DNA of 58,549 nt from Candidatus Buchananbacteria bacterium. GTDB lineage: Bacteria; Patescibacteriota; Patescibacteriia; 2-01-FULL-39-33. A program made the translations under genes and the position numbers. Within the stretch, counting starts at the first letter, position 1. Each line of letters starts with the position of its first letter. The notes under the pieces are model-generated. The model saw only the letters and a program-made list of their open reading frames with translations. It ran no database searches and was not told where the DNA came from. Where the stretch lies: assembly GCA_030650095.1 (NCBI GenBank), contig JAUSEE010000031.1:1-58549 (forward strand), read 5' to 3'. Below are positions 1 through 10,040 of this stretch, piece after piece.

Positions 1-5
1 TCACA

Positions 6-49
6 CTGCCCTTCATCCCCTGGCTTAAAAGCCAGGGGTATCTGGGCAG
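6..49. repeat. GC-rich nested hairpin resembling an IS200/IS605-family terminal hairpin (or a terminator)
   Basis: CCCCTGGCTT (17-26)/AAGCCAGGGG (29-38) inner stem inside CTGCCC (6-11)/GGGCAG (44-49); at window edge, no tnpA/tnpB visible. Confidence 0.4.
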
Positions 50-101
50 CAACATTATAAAAATTGATTATCCGCTGTTTATGACCTATTGTAAAACAAT
101 A

Positions 102-130
102 TTGACAAAATTATTAATATATGTTATGGT
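102..130 (+). promoter_or_regulatory. sigma70-type promoter
   Basis: TTGACA-17 bp-TATGGT with extended -10 TG, upstream of ORF 214. Confidence 0.55.
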
Positions 131-213
131 TACTTTTATTAGCAAGCTAAGTATGGCTAGCTAAGAAACTTGAAAAAGCATCAAAGCTTAAGATAAAAAA
201 GGAGAAATGAATC

Positions 214-699
214 ATGGGGTTTCTATGGTGTAGCTTGATTGTGGTTGTTTTTGTCGCTTTTGCGGTATTGACATTTATCGCGCATTTATGGAATGTGTAT
301 GATTGTCCATCAATGGTTAGGAAACTGACAAATTTGTCGTTAAAAATGGATGGCAACGACGAATATGAACGGTTGTACGCGGCTAAAGAATGGATTAGTG
401 AAATGCGCAAATCTCGTATTCTGCGCGGCAGAGAACAAAAAGTCGCCGAAGCTGAAAGACTCGTCGAGCAACTTGACGCAAAAATAAAGTCAGAAGAGAA
501 AGCTCGAGAGTTCGACAGTTCCTACTTAATCGTAAGCAGTGATAAAGTTGGTGACTCAGGTGAGTTCTTTGTCTTGAATCTTAAAAACGATTACGGTCAT
601 CAGGTTAAAGCATTTTCGTCGAGCGATCTACTTGTGGGATCAAGAGTTACTCTCAAACCGTCTATGTTATATCAAGCCGTGCCACTTTCGGCCGAATAG
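214..699 (+). CDS. hypothetical membrane-anchored protein
   Basis: 161-aa ORF, N-terminal hydrophobic segment, GGAG upstream, own promoter and terminator. Confidence 0.7.
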   Translation: MGFLWCSLIVVVFVAFAVLTFIAHLWNVYDCPSMVRKLTNLSLKMDGNDEYERLYAAKEWISEMRKSRILRGREQKVAEAERLVEQLDAKIKSEEKAREFDSSYLIVSSDKVGDSGEFFVLNLKNDYGHQVKAFSSSDLLVGSRVTLKPSMLYQAVPLSAE

Positions 700-732
700 C
701 ACGAAAAGTAGCTCATGTAGCACATTACTCGT

Positions 733-766
733 CCGCCCAGGATTTCTCTGGGCGGCGTTTTATTTT
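733..766 (+). terminator. intrinsic terminator
   Basis: CCGCCCAGGA-TTTC-TCTGGGCGG stem followed by a T-rich tract. Confidence 0.6.
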
Positions 767-911
767 GTAGTAAAAATAGATTAACTTGGATTATGGATAT
801 TTTAATGATCACATTAAAATTCCAGGATGACTGCAATAATTAATCCCTTGGATTACATAGATGTGATTCAAGGGATTTTTTTATTGAAAAAATATTTTAT
901 AACCAATATCT

Positions 912-2261
912 TTAATATTGCAAAACAGTCTCAACCTTCTTAGCCTTCTGGTATTGATGGAAAATTATGTCCTCTATATTGTAAGTGCCGAATTTAGGAG
1001 CTTCCAAAAAGCCTTGCATAGCCGCTTCGGCCAGCCAGCCGGATTTGAGCCAATCAACCAGCCATTCGTTGACATACTTAGGCTCCTCGGCTTTAATGCC
1101 GGCGCCGATTGTCCTAAGCCACCTTTGATTGAAATCTTCCTGCGAGCCTATGGGCGGAGCCGTAATAATCGGTATGCCCAAAGCGCAATAAAAAGACAGC
1201 TCGCTTGGCTTGGTCCATAAGATATCGGTTTTCCTTAAAACTTTATTGAACTTATTGAAAAAGCGATATTTGTTGCGATCAAATAAGATATTAACGCTTT
1301 TGCCCAAATGGGAAGAAATGCCTACTTTTTTGGCCTGGTCCTTAAAATACTGATTGACCGCCAAGTGGGTGCCGGCCATGAGGTTAAGGGTTATTTCTCC
1401 GCTGGCAATTTGTTTTTTTAAGCTATCCATAATAATCCCGCCCAATTCCCTTTGAGCTCCGGCCCCGCCTACGGCAAAAGTGATAGTTAGAGGTCGAACC
1501 GAATTTTTGAGTAATTTACGGCCCAGATGATGGCGCAGGGTTTTTTCATATTGTGAAATATAAAATTTATCCGGATCAAGATTAATCAATCTTTGGCCCA
1601 AATCCTCTTTGATTATTTCTAAATTTCTACCCACATTCTCCGGTGGCAAAGGAAAGCCGGTTAAAAATATCTTTTCCGGCCTAACGCCATACAAAATGAG
1701 CCTATCCACTACTCTCCTGTTAGGCGCAAAATACATTATTTTACTATTCTTAGGATCAAGTGGCACCCAAGTCCGGCTGACATCGGTATCGGTGGCAATG
1801 CAATAGATCTCTCCGGGATAACCGAAATACTCGGCCATAAAAGCCGTGATAAAAAAAGTGGTGATAAGCGGCAGTGGATTCTTTGACAGCCTCTCAATCA
1901 AATCCTGCCCCCAGCAAGATTCTTTAAACAAGCGATAAATCTGCTTAAGCTGTAAATTCGGCCGTGACAAATCGCGCCGAGGATAAAACTGGGGTATGGA
2001 TTGAAACCTGTCATAGATATTAAACAACTTGTTTCCCAAAAATGGCACTTTTTTAAAACGGGAAACAAACTCGTAAAAGCCTTTGCTGTTGACCCAAATA
2101 TCTTTATCTTTTTTGGGTATGCCTTTATAATTATTAGCCGTGATAATTCCTTCATAGGCTAAATAATTCAAAGGATGAGCGGCTCTTTGATGGCCATAGC
2201 CCATATCAACAGTAATCACCCAAGCTTTGCGCATCTTTTCTTTAGAGTTTTTACCAGGCAT
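912..2261 (-). CDS. GT-B fold glycosyltransferase-like protein (MGDG synthase/MurG-like)
   Basis: N-terminal DMGYGHQRAA motif and C-terminal DILWTKPSELSFY...PIGSQEDFN motif resemble GT28-like enzymes. Confidence 0.7.
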   Translation of the reverse strand: MPGKNSKEKMRKAWVITVDMGYGHQRAAHPLNYLAYEGIITANNYKGIPKKDKDIWVNSKGFYEFVSRFKKVPFLGNKLFNIYDRFQSIPQFYPRRDLSRPNLQLKQIYRLFKESCWGQDLIERLSKNPLPLITTFFITAFMAEYFGYPGEIYCIATDTDVSRTWVPLDPKNSKIMYFAPNRRVVDRLILYGVRPEKIFLTGFPLPPENVGRNLEIIKEDLGQRLINLDPDKFYISQYEKTLRHHLGRKLLKNSVRPLTITFAVGGAGAQRELGGIIMDSLKKQIASGEITLNLMAGTHLAVNQYFKDQAKKVGISSHLGKSVNILFDRNKYRFFNKFNKVLRKTDILWTKPSELSFYCALGIPIITAPPIGSQEDFNQRWLRTIGAGIKAEEPKYVNEWLVDWLKSGWLAEAAMQGFLEAPKFGTYNIEDIIFHQYQKAKKVETVLQY

Positions 2262-2308
2262 GTATTATAAATTGGAAATTATTAAATCGCTTAACTATAT
2301 TATAACAC

Positions 2309-2341
2309 AAAAACTCTCCCAAAAAAATTGGGAGAGTTTTG
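2309..2341 (-). terminator. intrinsic terminator of hup
   Basis: AAAACTCTCCCAA/TTGGGAGAGTTTT inverted repeat just past the HU stop codon. Confidence 0.65.
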
Positions 2342-2358
2342 AGATAGTTAGCAACTAA

Positions 2359-2640
2359 TTATAACAATGCGTCTTTAGCTGCCTTGGCTACCCTGAATTT
2401 AACTACTGTTTTGGCTGGAATTTTAATTTCCGCGCCAGTGGCTGGGTTGCGTCCCATTCTTGCTTTTCGGTTAACTTTTACCAATTTTCCGATACCGGAA
2501 ATGGTAAACTCGCCACTATTTTTAACCTCTGAATAAGCCATTTCAGTAAGGGCGTCTATTAATGATGTGACATCTTTCTTACTGATATTGGTCTTTTCTG
2601 CCAAAGCAGCCAATATTTGAGATTTGGTCATCTTAGCCAT
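2359..2640 (-). CDS. hup: DNA-binding protein HU
   Basis: MTKSQI...RKARMGRNPATGAEIKIPAKTVVKF HU/IHF signature. Confidence 0.95.
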   Translation of the reverse strand: MAKMTKSQILAALAEKTNISKKDVTSLIDALTEMAYSEVKNSGEFTISGIGKLVKVNRKARMGRNPATGAEIKIPAKTVVKFRVAKAAKDALL

Positions 2641-2791
2641 AGTGCTCTATTAGTTAATTAATAAATTATGGAATTAGTTTTCCACATACCTAGATTATAT
2701 ACCAATATAACAGGAAAAACAAGGGAAAAGGCCAATACTGTAATTTGGCAAGAATTGGCGGTAATTAAAAAACCACCTGATATTCAAGTGG

Positions 2792-3550
2792 TTAAGTTTT
2801 GATAAGCTTAATTACCATGGCAGTCAAGTTGTCTCGGCTGCCTCTTTGTGAAGCTGTTTTGGTGATTTCTTGGGAAATATCTTGAGTATTATCCCCATTT
2901 TTAACTATTGTAGCCACATCTTCGTTGGTCATTGTTTCAAAAATACCGTCGGAAGCTACTATTAAAGCCAAATCACTAGGCTTCAAAATGTATGTGGCCG
3001 TATAAGGAGTTGAGATTAAACCTAAAGAATAATACTCAAAATCGCCAATGGAACGGCTGATGGCAATTGATACGAGGTCATTTGAAAAAATACGATTGTT
3101 CATTACGACACCATCAAAATGACTTATTCTTTCTTCTTCTATCTTATTATCCGGGTGATGATCGACTGTTAATTGATCAACTTCTGATCCAATAGCCAGT
3201 ATCCTGACATCGCCGGCATTAGCCAAATAAACATCTCCTTGAGAAATGATTAAATTGGCAGCGCAAGAACCTCCGGGTAAGTCTAAAGTTTTCGTTTCAC
3301 TGGAAATTTTTTCATAAGCTAAAATGAAAGACTCGGCAAAATCAAGTCCTTCGTCCAAAAAGGACAAGAAACGCAAGTGTAATTCTTTTTCCACCAATTT
3401 TACAACCTCATCTCCGCCATGGCCGTCATAAACGCCGGCAAATAATTCGCCCTGATTTCTAAAATTAGCATCAAAATAAAAACGATCCTCCATGTACCGG
3501 CGCCGGCCACAATCGGCCGAGACTCCTATTTCAAACTTCAAAGTAATCAC
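2792..3550 (-). CDS. PP2C-family Ser/Thr protein phosphatase
   Basis: MEDR, VYDGHGG, ANAGD, SRSIGD, ASDG, DNLT motifs; true start may be the TTG at 3541. Confidence 0.9.
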   Translation of the reverse strand: MITLKFEIGVSADCGRRRYMEDRFYFDANFRNQGELFAGVYDGHGGDEVVKLVEKELHLRFLSFLDEGLDFAESFILAYEKISSETKTLDLPGGSCAANLIISQGDVYLANAGDVRILAIGSEVDQLTVDHHPDNKIEEERISHFDGVVMNNRIFSNDLVSIAISRSIGDFEYYSLGLISTPYTATYILKPSDLALIVASDGIFETMTNEDVATIVKNGDNTQDISQEITKTASQRGSRDNLTAMVIKLIKT

Positions 3551-3663
3551 CTCCTTTGTTGTTTTAAGGTTCTATATTCGATTTAGGACAGATTAACACG
3601 GCAAAAACTTTCTGTCAATTATAAAAAGCGGTTTTAAACCGTTTTTTATAATGGAATTAATTA

Positions 3664-4023
3664 TTACAAACAAGATTTAGCTTTGGCAAAGTCAATTAAG
3701 CTGGGGGAAGCACCAGCTTTAATGGCAGCTACCCTATCAGCTCCCAATTTGGCTGTAAAACAATCTTCCATGGCCGGAGTAATTTCACTGGGCAGTTTAG
3801 ACGGATCAATGCCTATTTTTTCCAAAGTGGATTCTTGGCTGGGAGTTAAAAGCGGATTTTTATCTCCTGAGACCTGGTTGGTTGAGGTGGCTTGATTAGC
3901 GCTATCAGATGATGGAGATATTAAAAATGACTTTAGAGTAAAATAAACATAAAGGCCGCCCCCGACGAGCAGTAGCATAACAATAACCAAAACGATAATT
4001 AAAAAAATCACTAATTTTTTCAT
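3664..4023 (-). CDS. hypothetical single-pass membrane protein
   Basis: 119-aa ORF with an N-terminal TM helix. Confidence 0.75.
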   Translation of the reverse strand: MKKLVIFLIIVLVIVMLLLVGGGLYVYFTLKSFLISPSSDSANQATSTNQVSGDKNPLLTPSQESTLEKIGIDPSKLPSEITPAMEDCFTAKLGADRVAAIKAGASPSLIDFAKAKSCL

Positions 4024-4072
4024 CTTATTATATTAATGAATAATTAAACAAAAAATTATCACTGTTTTCTGC

Positions 4073-4540
4073 TTACTTCAGATTTTTAATATCACTCAAA
4101 ACTTCCCGGGCATGATCAGCCGGCTTAACCTTTTCATAAATCTTAGCTATCCGGCCTTGGGGATCAATCAAAAATGACATTCTTTTAATCCCTAAATAAC
4201 TTTTACCCATAAACTTTTTCTCTCCCCAAACGCCATAAGCTTTAATCACTTTTTTATCAACATCTGCTAAAATCGGAAAGGACAATTTAAACTTACTGTA
4301 AAAATTATGGTGGCTCTCCACGGAATCAGCGCTCACGCCCAAAACAGCGGCTTGGCTTTTTTTAAAATCAGAAAAATTATCTCTCAACTGGCAAGCTTCT
4401 TTAGTGCAACCAGGAGTGTTGTCTTTGGGGTAAAAATAAAACAAAAGCCACTTGCCCTGATAATCAGACAAAGAGTGGATATGGCCGGCTTGATCCGGCA
4501 ATGTAAAATTAGGAGCTTTTTGTTTTAATTTTAGTGGCAT
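4073..4540 (-). CDS. bcp: peroxiredoxin Bcp/PrxQ
   Basis: FYFYPKDNTPGCTKEAC active-site motif. Confidence 0.95.
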   Translation of the reverse strand: MPLKLKQKAPNFTLPDQAGHIHSLSDYQGKWLLFYFYPKDNTPGCTKEACQLRDNFSDFKKSQAAVLGVSADSVESHHNFYSKFKLSFPILADVDKKVIKAYGVWGEKKFMGKSYLGIKRMSFLIDPQGRIAKIYEKVKPADHAREVLSDIKNLK

Positions 4541-4549
4541 GAAACATTA

Positions 4550-4945
4550 TTATTCCGTTGTTTTACCGTCAAAATGCTCGTCGGAGGCTTCGGCTTCGGC
4601 TTTAGCTTTAAACACCACGCCATCCTGATGATTGGCCGGAGAATAAACAGTGTAAAGTTTCATTTCTTCGCTGGCCGAAGTATTTACTATATTATGATTA
4701 GCGCCAGCCGGCACAACTACGGCCGAGCCGTCTGATAATTCGTGCTCGACACCGTCTAAAATCGCCTTGCCCGTGCCTTTTTCCACTCTGATAAACTGAT
4801 CAAGAGTGTGGACTTCTGCGCCGATTTCTTCACCCGGAAGCAAGCTCATTAAAACCAATTGGCTGTGTTTGGCGGTATAGAGAACTTTCCGAAAGTTATC
4901 ATTAGCTATAGTCTCTGTTTCTAGATTAACAATGTATCCTTTCAT
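4550..4945 (-). CDS. cupin domain protein
   Basis: GEEIGAEVH..DQF and VVVPAGANHN cupin motifs. Confidence 0.9.
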   Translation of the reverse strand: MKGYIVNLETETIANDNFRKVLYTAKHSQLVLMSLLPGEEIGAEVHTLDQFIRVEKGTGKAILDGVEHELSDGSAVVVPAGANHNIVNTSASEEMKLYTVYSPANHQDGVVFKAKAEAEASDEHFDGKTTE

Positions 4946-4994
4946 AAATTTGTGATTAATTATTAAATATTTTTCATCTAATTAAAATTAGAAC

Positions 4995-6479
4995 TTATTC
5001 ATCGCTTTTCTCCGGCCTCATCAGAGGGAATAAAACCACATCCCGCAGATTGGACTGCTGGGTTAGGAGGGCGACAATCCTTTCTACGCCCATGCCCCAA
5101 CCGGAAATAGGCGGCATACCGTATTCCATGGCCTTGATATACTCGTCATCTTTGGACATAGCTTCTTCATCACCTCTTTCTTTGTCTTGGGCTTGTTTTT
5201 CCAGGCGTTCTTTTTGGTCCAGAGGATCAATCAATTCGCTGTAAGCATTTAATATTTCCCAGCCGTTGACAATCAGTTGGAATCTATCGGCAACGGTTGG
5301 ATCATCATTATTTTTTCTGGCCAAAGGAGATAAATCAATGGGGTGATGCAATAAGAATGTCGGATTGATGATTTTGGCTCTAGAAACTTCCTTATAGAGC
5401 GCATCAATCAGATTGCCTCGCCCTAATTTATCCATGTCTTCGATTTTTATTTTCTTTTTCTTGATTTCCTGACGCAAAGACTGGGCATCAGAAAACTTAT
5501 CAATATCAATGCCGCAATCGGTTGTGATTAAATCCTTAAAAGAAACCTTTTTCCAAGGTGGCTTGAAATCAACCGTTACGGACTTGCCCTCTCGATTGAT
5601 AATTTCTATTTTGGTAGTGCCCTTTAACTTTTTTATAATGGAAGAGAGCATCTCCTCGGTGAATTTCATATTATCCTGATAATCCCAATAAGCGCAGTAA
5701 TGTTCGACCATGGTGAAATCCTGCAAATGGCCCGGATCCATGCCTTCGTTTCTAAAAACTCTGGCCACTTCAAATATTTTTTCATAACCGCCGATAATCG
5801 CCTCTTTCAAATAAATTTCCGGGGCAATCCGCAAATAAACATCCAAATCTAAAGAATTATGGTGGGTGATAAACGGCTTAGCCAAGGCCCCAGAAGCGGA
5901 ATTGCAAAGCACCGGAGTTTCAATCTCATAAAATCCCTGATCCTTATAAAATTTTCTAAGTTCCCAAATAAAATCGCTCCTAAAATTAAACCGGTCGCGC
6001 GTGTCTTGACTAGTAATCAAATCCAAATATCTTTGGCGATACTTGGCTTCCTGATCCTTGAGACCGTGCCATTTTTCCGGCAGAGGCCTTAGAGCCTTGC
6101 TTAAAAATTGGTATTTTTCCACCAAGACAGATACTTCGCCTTTTTGTGTTTTAAAAACTTTGCCGGCCACGCCGATGAAATCGCCCAGATCAATCATTTT
6201 GGTGATATTTTTATAATCATCCTGATTTAAAACATCATTTTTAAACACCACCTGCAATTTGCCGGAAAAATCCTGGATATGAGCAAAGGCGATTTTTCCC
6301 ATATTGCGAAACAACATCACTCGGCCGGCTACTTTGACGGCCGTGTCCAATTTTAAATTTTTGATATCGGTGGCCTGATGAGTTTTGGCAAATTTATCAG
6401 CATAAGGATTAAGGCCTAAATCCTGGATTAGCTTTAATCTTTTTAACCTATCCTCCTGTTCGTTTATATTTTTGTTCAT
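4995..6479 (-). CDS. lysS: lysine--tRNA ligase (class II)
   Basis: OB fold, YRQRYLDL, YLRIAPE, FRNEG, YGMPP..GWGMGVER motifs. Confidence 0.97.
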   Translation of the reverse strand: MNKNINEQEDRLKRLKLIQDLGLNPYADKFAKTHQATDIKNLKLDTAVKVAGRVMLFRNMGKIAFAHIQDFSGKLQVVFKNDVLNQDDYKNITKMIDLGDFIGVAGKVFKTQKGEVSVLVEKYQFLSKALRPLPEKWHGLKDQEAKYRQRYLDLITSQDTRDRFNFRSDFIWELRKFYKDQGFYEIETPVLCNSASGALAKPFITHHNSLDLDVYLRIAPEIYLKEAIIGGYEKIFEVARVFRNEGMDPGHLQDFTMVEHYCAYWDYQDNMKFTEEMLSSIIKKLKGTTKIEIINREGKSVTVDFKPPWKKVSFKDLITTDCGIDIDKFSDAQSLRQEIKKKKIKIEDMDKLGRGNLIDALYKEVSRAKIINPTFLLHHPIDLSPLARKNNDDPTVADRFQLIVNGWEILNAYSELIDPLDQKERLEKQAQDKERGDEEAMSKDDEYIKAMEYGMPPISGWGMGVERIVALLTQQSNLRDVVLFPLMRPEKSDE

Positions 6480-6642
6480 AATTTTGTTGGCTTTATTGTT
6501 ATCATAATATCATATAAGATTGCATAATTCAACGCTATTATCAGCTAAACCGGCCGCTGGTTTAATTATAACTTAACAATTAAAAAACACCTGGAAATGG
6601 TGTATTTTGACAATATTATTATAAATAAAAATTATTTAGAAA

Positions 6643-7689
6643 CTATTGATGCCTAATAACATCTTCATATATTTCTTTTAATTCTCTATTGTCAGGATCG
6701 AGTTGAGTAGCTTGTTTAAAATTTAAGATAGCCTTATCAACTTGATTAAGCACCCAATAATAATTTCCTAGCGCAACATAACACCAAGCATAATTCGGCT
6801 CGTATTCAACACAATATTTGGCATGACTTAATGATTTTTCATATTCTTTTTCAACTAGATAAACATATGAAAGTGAAGCATGGGCTGCGGCATATTTAGG
6901 AATTAAACTGATTGCTTTTAATTGGTATTCTTTTGTTTTTTCAATATTACCTTTTCGACTTTCTGAAATACCAAGCCAATAATACGCAATTGCCCTTTCC
7001 TCATCTGTTTCTGCATCTTCTAGCGCCTTTTTAGCGTTATCATTTTGTTGATTCCAATCTTGCTTTATCCAGCTAGCTCGAGTTTCATAGGCTCTTGCAT
7101 CAAAATTACTACTATTATTAATAAGCCCAACAACTACTACGGTCAAAATAATTAAAATAATTTCGACAACCTTTTCAATACCATTTTTATACTTATTAAT
7201 AAGAAATAAAAGAGGAATTACTAAAATAATCAGAACAATAACAGAAAAAAGCGCGTCATATCTTACAAAAGCATAATTAAAATCTGCCACATCCGACTCA
7301 TTAAATGTTTCTTGAAAAATTGGTCTTATCGGCATCGTTATAAGTATTGAAGAAAGGATAATAAATGAATCACTCAGAAGAGATAATTTAAAATTAGTTT
7401 TTTGATCTTTAGTTTTACTATTAAATCTGGCATAGACTAAACTAGACAAAAAAGAGAAACGATTTCTTAAAATGCTATAAATAAACACGAAAGAAAAAGT
7501 AACAGAAATTGATCTGACAAAAATTATTAGTAGCAGTTCCAAGTTGATATGTTTTTCAATAAAAATTAAACCTCTGGTGTATGACTCAAAAATTAACCCT
7601 ATAAATACCAACAAAAAAACTAATGTTGCTTCAATAATGAATCTACTAATATTTTCCTTATAAACTATACTTCTGTTTTTATTTTTCAT
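6643..7689 (-). CDS. multi-pass membrane protein with C-terminal TPR repeats
   Basis: About 5 hydrophobic segments, then TPR-like repeats (AYYWLG, AHASLS, CYVALG). Confidence 0.8.
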   Translation of the reverse strand: MKNKNRSIVYKENISRFIIEATLVFLLVFIGLIFESYTRGLIFIEKHINLELLLIIFVRSISVTFSFVFIYSILRNRFSFLSSLVYARFNSKTKDQKTNFKLSLLSDSFIILSSILITMPIRPIFQETFNESDVADFNYAFVRYDALFSVIVLIILVIPLLFLINKYKNGIEKVVEIILIILTVVVVGLINNSSNFDARAYETRASWIKQDWNQQNDNAKKALEDAETDEERAIAYYWLGISESRKGNIEKTKEYQLKAISLIPKYAAAHASLSYVYLVEKEYEKSLSHAKYCVEYEPNYAWCYVALGNYYWVLNQVDKAILNFKQATQLDPDNRELKEIYEDVIRHQ

Positions 7690-7765
7690 ATTTTTAATTA
7701 TATCACAATTTAAACCATAATATTTAATAATTAAAAAACACCCCTTTCGGGGTGATTTTTAATTG

Positions 7766-7836
7766 CAGGCGATGAGAGAATCGAACTCCCGCCATCGGTT
7801 TTGGAGACCGATGTTCTACCACTAAACTAATCGCCC
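7766..7836 (-). tRNA. tRNA-Trp(CCA)
   Basis: Cloverleaf GGGCGAT...ATCGCCT-G, anticodon loop CTCCAAA, GTTCGATT T-loop. Confidence 0.95.
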
Positions 7837-7877
7837 AAACAAGCAAACGGCCAACAAATTGCCAGCCGTTTTACCAG

Positions 7878-8033
7878 TTACTTAGTTTCTTTATGTAGGG
7901 TGTGTTTTTTGCAATGCTTACAATACTTTTTAAGCTGTAATCTCTCTTTTAAAAGCTTTTTGTTTTTGGAAGAGAAATAATTAACACGTTTACACTCCGT
8001 ACACTCGAATTTAATCATATTTTCCTGTGACAT
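7878..8033 (-). CDS. rpmG: 50S ribosomal protein L33 (Zn-binding type); not in the ORF track
   Basis: Manual translation [51 protein letters not shown]; lies next to tRNA-Trp as usual. Confidence 0.95.
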   Translation of the reverse strand: MSQENMIKFECTECKRVNYFSSKNKKLLKERLQLKKYCKHCKKHTLHKETK

Positions 8034-8063
8034 AGCTGTACTTAGATTAATAATTTATTGATC

Positions 8064-8140
8064 TGGAGCCACCCTTCGGATTCGAACCGAAGACCTGCTG
8101 TTTACAAGACAGCTGCTCTAGCCAGCTGAGCTAGGGTGGC
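8064..8140 (-). tRNA. tRNA-Thr(UGU)
   Basis: GCCACCC...GGGTGGC-T-CCA, anticodon loop CTTGTAA. Confidence 0.95.
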
Positions 8141-8256
8141 AAAATAAAATAAAAGCGTTTACGGGCACACTTTAGTGTGGTTATATTAGCATAAAACGCC
8201 CAAAAACACAAGTTCACGATTACACGGCATTTACTGGCATTAAAAAACAGAGATTT

Positions 8257-8469
8257 TTAATCTCTGTTTAAATTCAAAGCTAATATTTTAGCCATGGTAG
8301 CGCTGATGGCCGGGCGGTGTTTCTCTACGGTTCCTATAATTTCATTTAGATCATCAACGCTTGAGAGTTCCAAATCCAAGAAAATGCCCCAAGCCTCATT
8401 ATCGCTAAAATTGTCGGTGTCAATTATGACTAATTTAGCTCTTTCCAGTGAGTTTAATTCATCAGACAT
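8257..8469 (-). CDS. small hypothetical protein
   Basis: 70-aa ORF with GGAGG SD and an upstream TTGACT-17-TAATCT promoter. Confidence 0.65.
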   Translation of the reverse strand: MSDELNSLERAKLVIIDTDNFSDNEAWGIFLDLELSSVDDLNEIIGTVEKHRPAISATMAKILALNLNRD

Positions 8470-8612
8470 GTTTTGTCCTCCAAGTTGGATTTAATGTGCT
8501 GATAAGAGATTAACAGACAATAATCTATAAGTCAATAGTAACCAGAATAATATCTATATAACAAAAAGAGCGGCTTGTAGCCACTCTTTTTGCTGGTGAT
8601 AATTTCACCTCT

Positions 8613-8696
8613 TTATTTAATAAATCCGCCGGCCTGAAGCTCCCACAATTTCTTGTATATGCCGTTTTCTTTTTTAATCAATTGTTCATGATTGCC
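8613..8696 (-). pseudogene. C-terminal remnant of an ABC transporter ATP-binding protein
   Basis: Reads GNHEQLIKKENGIYKKLWELQAGGFIK*, the typical end of ABC exporter NBDs; 5' part is missing and the remnant abuts the repeat at 8699. Confidence 0.7.
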
Positions 8697-8698
8697 TT

Positions 8699-8785
8699 AC
8701 TCACTGCCAACCCGTTCGAATCTCAACTTGAACAACTCAATTAAATTAAAAGAACGGGAATAAATTCCCGTTCTTTTAATTTAAT
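8699..8785. repeat. truncated copy of the tRNA-Tyr-associated mini-element (conserved 23-mer plus perfect palindrome)
   Basis: 8699-8721 matches 11979-12001 at 22/23; perfect 22-bp-arm palindrome 8740-8785 ends at the GTGG junction. Confidence 0.75.
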
Positions 8786-8878
8786 GTGGAGGATAATGGA
8801 CATAGCTCGAACGCATTTTCGGGCCGTCGCCGACGGCACTGATTTCCCCCCAAAAAAAATTAAGCCCGAATTCTGAAC
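8786..8878. repeat. inverted repeat A, left copy (93 bp)
   Basis: Reverse complement of 10136-10228 apart from a few substitutions in an internal hairpin. Confidence 0.95.
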
Positions 8879-8930
8879 TTTGACAATTTCCAGTTTTTCA
8901 ATGATTTTTATTAAAAAATCATTTCAATAT

Positions 8931-10040
8931 TTATTGATTTGGTGGCAAATTATTTTTTTCTTCAGATTGCCATTGTACTTGGTGATCATATTGTCTAGTA
9001 GAATGACTATAACTAAGTCCTAGGTCAACGCCAGTTCTTAAGGTTATGACGATATAATTCAATTGTTCTGCAATCACCACATCATTAAGGTGTTTATCGT
9101 AAATATCCTTTAATATGCCATTAACGATTTCTTTGGATTGACTCTCATTGTCCAATATTTCACTTGGCACCCAACCCTCTATATATAAAATTTTTGTGTT
9201 GCCTACAGTACCAATTGTACTTTGGGTTTCAAAAGAAATGCCAATATTCTTTAAGCCATGACCAATCCGTAATTCATTATATAAAGAAATGTAATCTGAT
9301 TTAATAAATTTTTTCATTAGAATCCCAGCAAAAAAACTATTCATTAAAACGATGGCAATAATACCAATAATGGTAACAATGGTTACTGCGGTATATAAAA
9401 ATTTATTCTTTTTATCTTTTACATCATTATTAATCTTAGAAAAGTCCAATGTATGATTTTCTTGTAAAAAATATTGGTTAACAACATAAGATCCAGTAAT
9501 TATGTCAACTAATCCCCTTTTTTGATAATGGAATAATGGAAAAATAAAATAACCAATTAAAATAAATAGATCAATTATAGCTATCACATAACTAACTACA
9601 ATTTGATTCTGAATGACATTATTTAAAGAAATTGATATTCCAGAACTAAAGACAACAAAAACTAATGGGATAAATCTTATTAATGCAATTAGTGGATTAA
9701 CAAAATTACCATTTTTATTTACAACTGATATTTTAAATATCTTTTTACCTATTGTTTGGCCTTTATCTATAAAACTATCTGAAACTATGAAATAACCAGC
9801 CATTATTATCGCCGATATCCACCATAAATTTTCACCCAAACCATACAAAAATACCCCACCAAGCATTGCAATCAAAATTAATAGAATGGCTAAAGCAATT
9901 TCGTCGATTAAAAATGCAAAAAATCTATTGGGTAAGCTGGCAAATTGGGTTTTAGGAATTTTAATTGGTTTTTTACTCTTTCTCACTTCTTCATTTTTTT
10001 CATCTTCGTCAATGCTTTTTAAAAAATCGTTGTTTTCCAT
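8931..10040 (-). CDS. RDD-family membrane protein
   Basis: NRFFAFLID, GQTIGKKIFKISVV, RGLVDIITGSYVV RDD motifs. Confidence 0.85.
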   Translation of the reverse strand: MENNDFLKSIDEDEKNEEVRKSKKPIKIPKTQFASLPNRFFAFLIDEIALAILLILIAMLGGVFLYGLGENLWWISAIIMAGYFIVSDSFIDKGQTIGKKIFKISVVNKNGNFVNPLIALIRFIPLVFVVFSSGISISLNNVIQNQIVVSYVIAIIDLFILIGYFIFPLFHYQKRGLVDIITGSYVVNQYFLQENHTLDFSKINNDVKDKKNKFLYTAVTIVTIIGIIAIVLMNSFFAGILMKKFIKSDYISLYNELRIGHGLKNIGISFETQSTIGTVGNTKILYIEGWVPSEILDNESQSKEIVNGILKDIYDKHLNDVVIAEQLNYIVITLRTGVDLGLSYSHSTRQYDHQVQWQSEEKNNLPPNQ

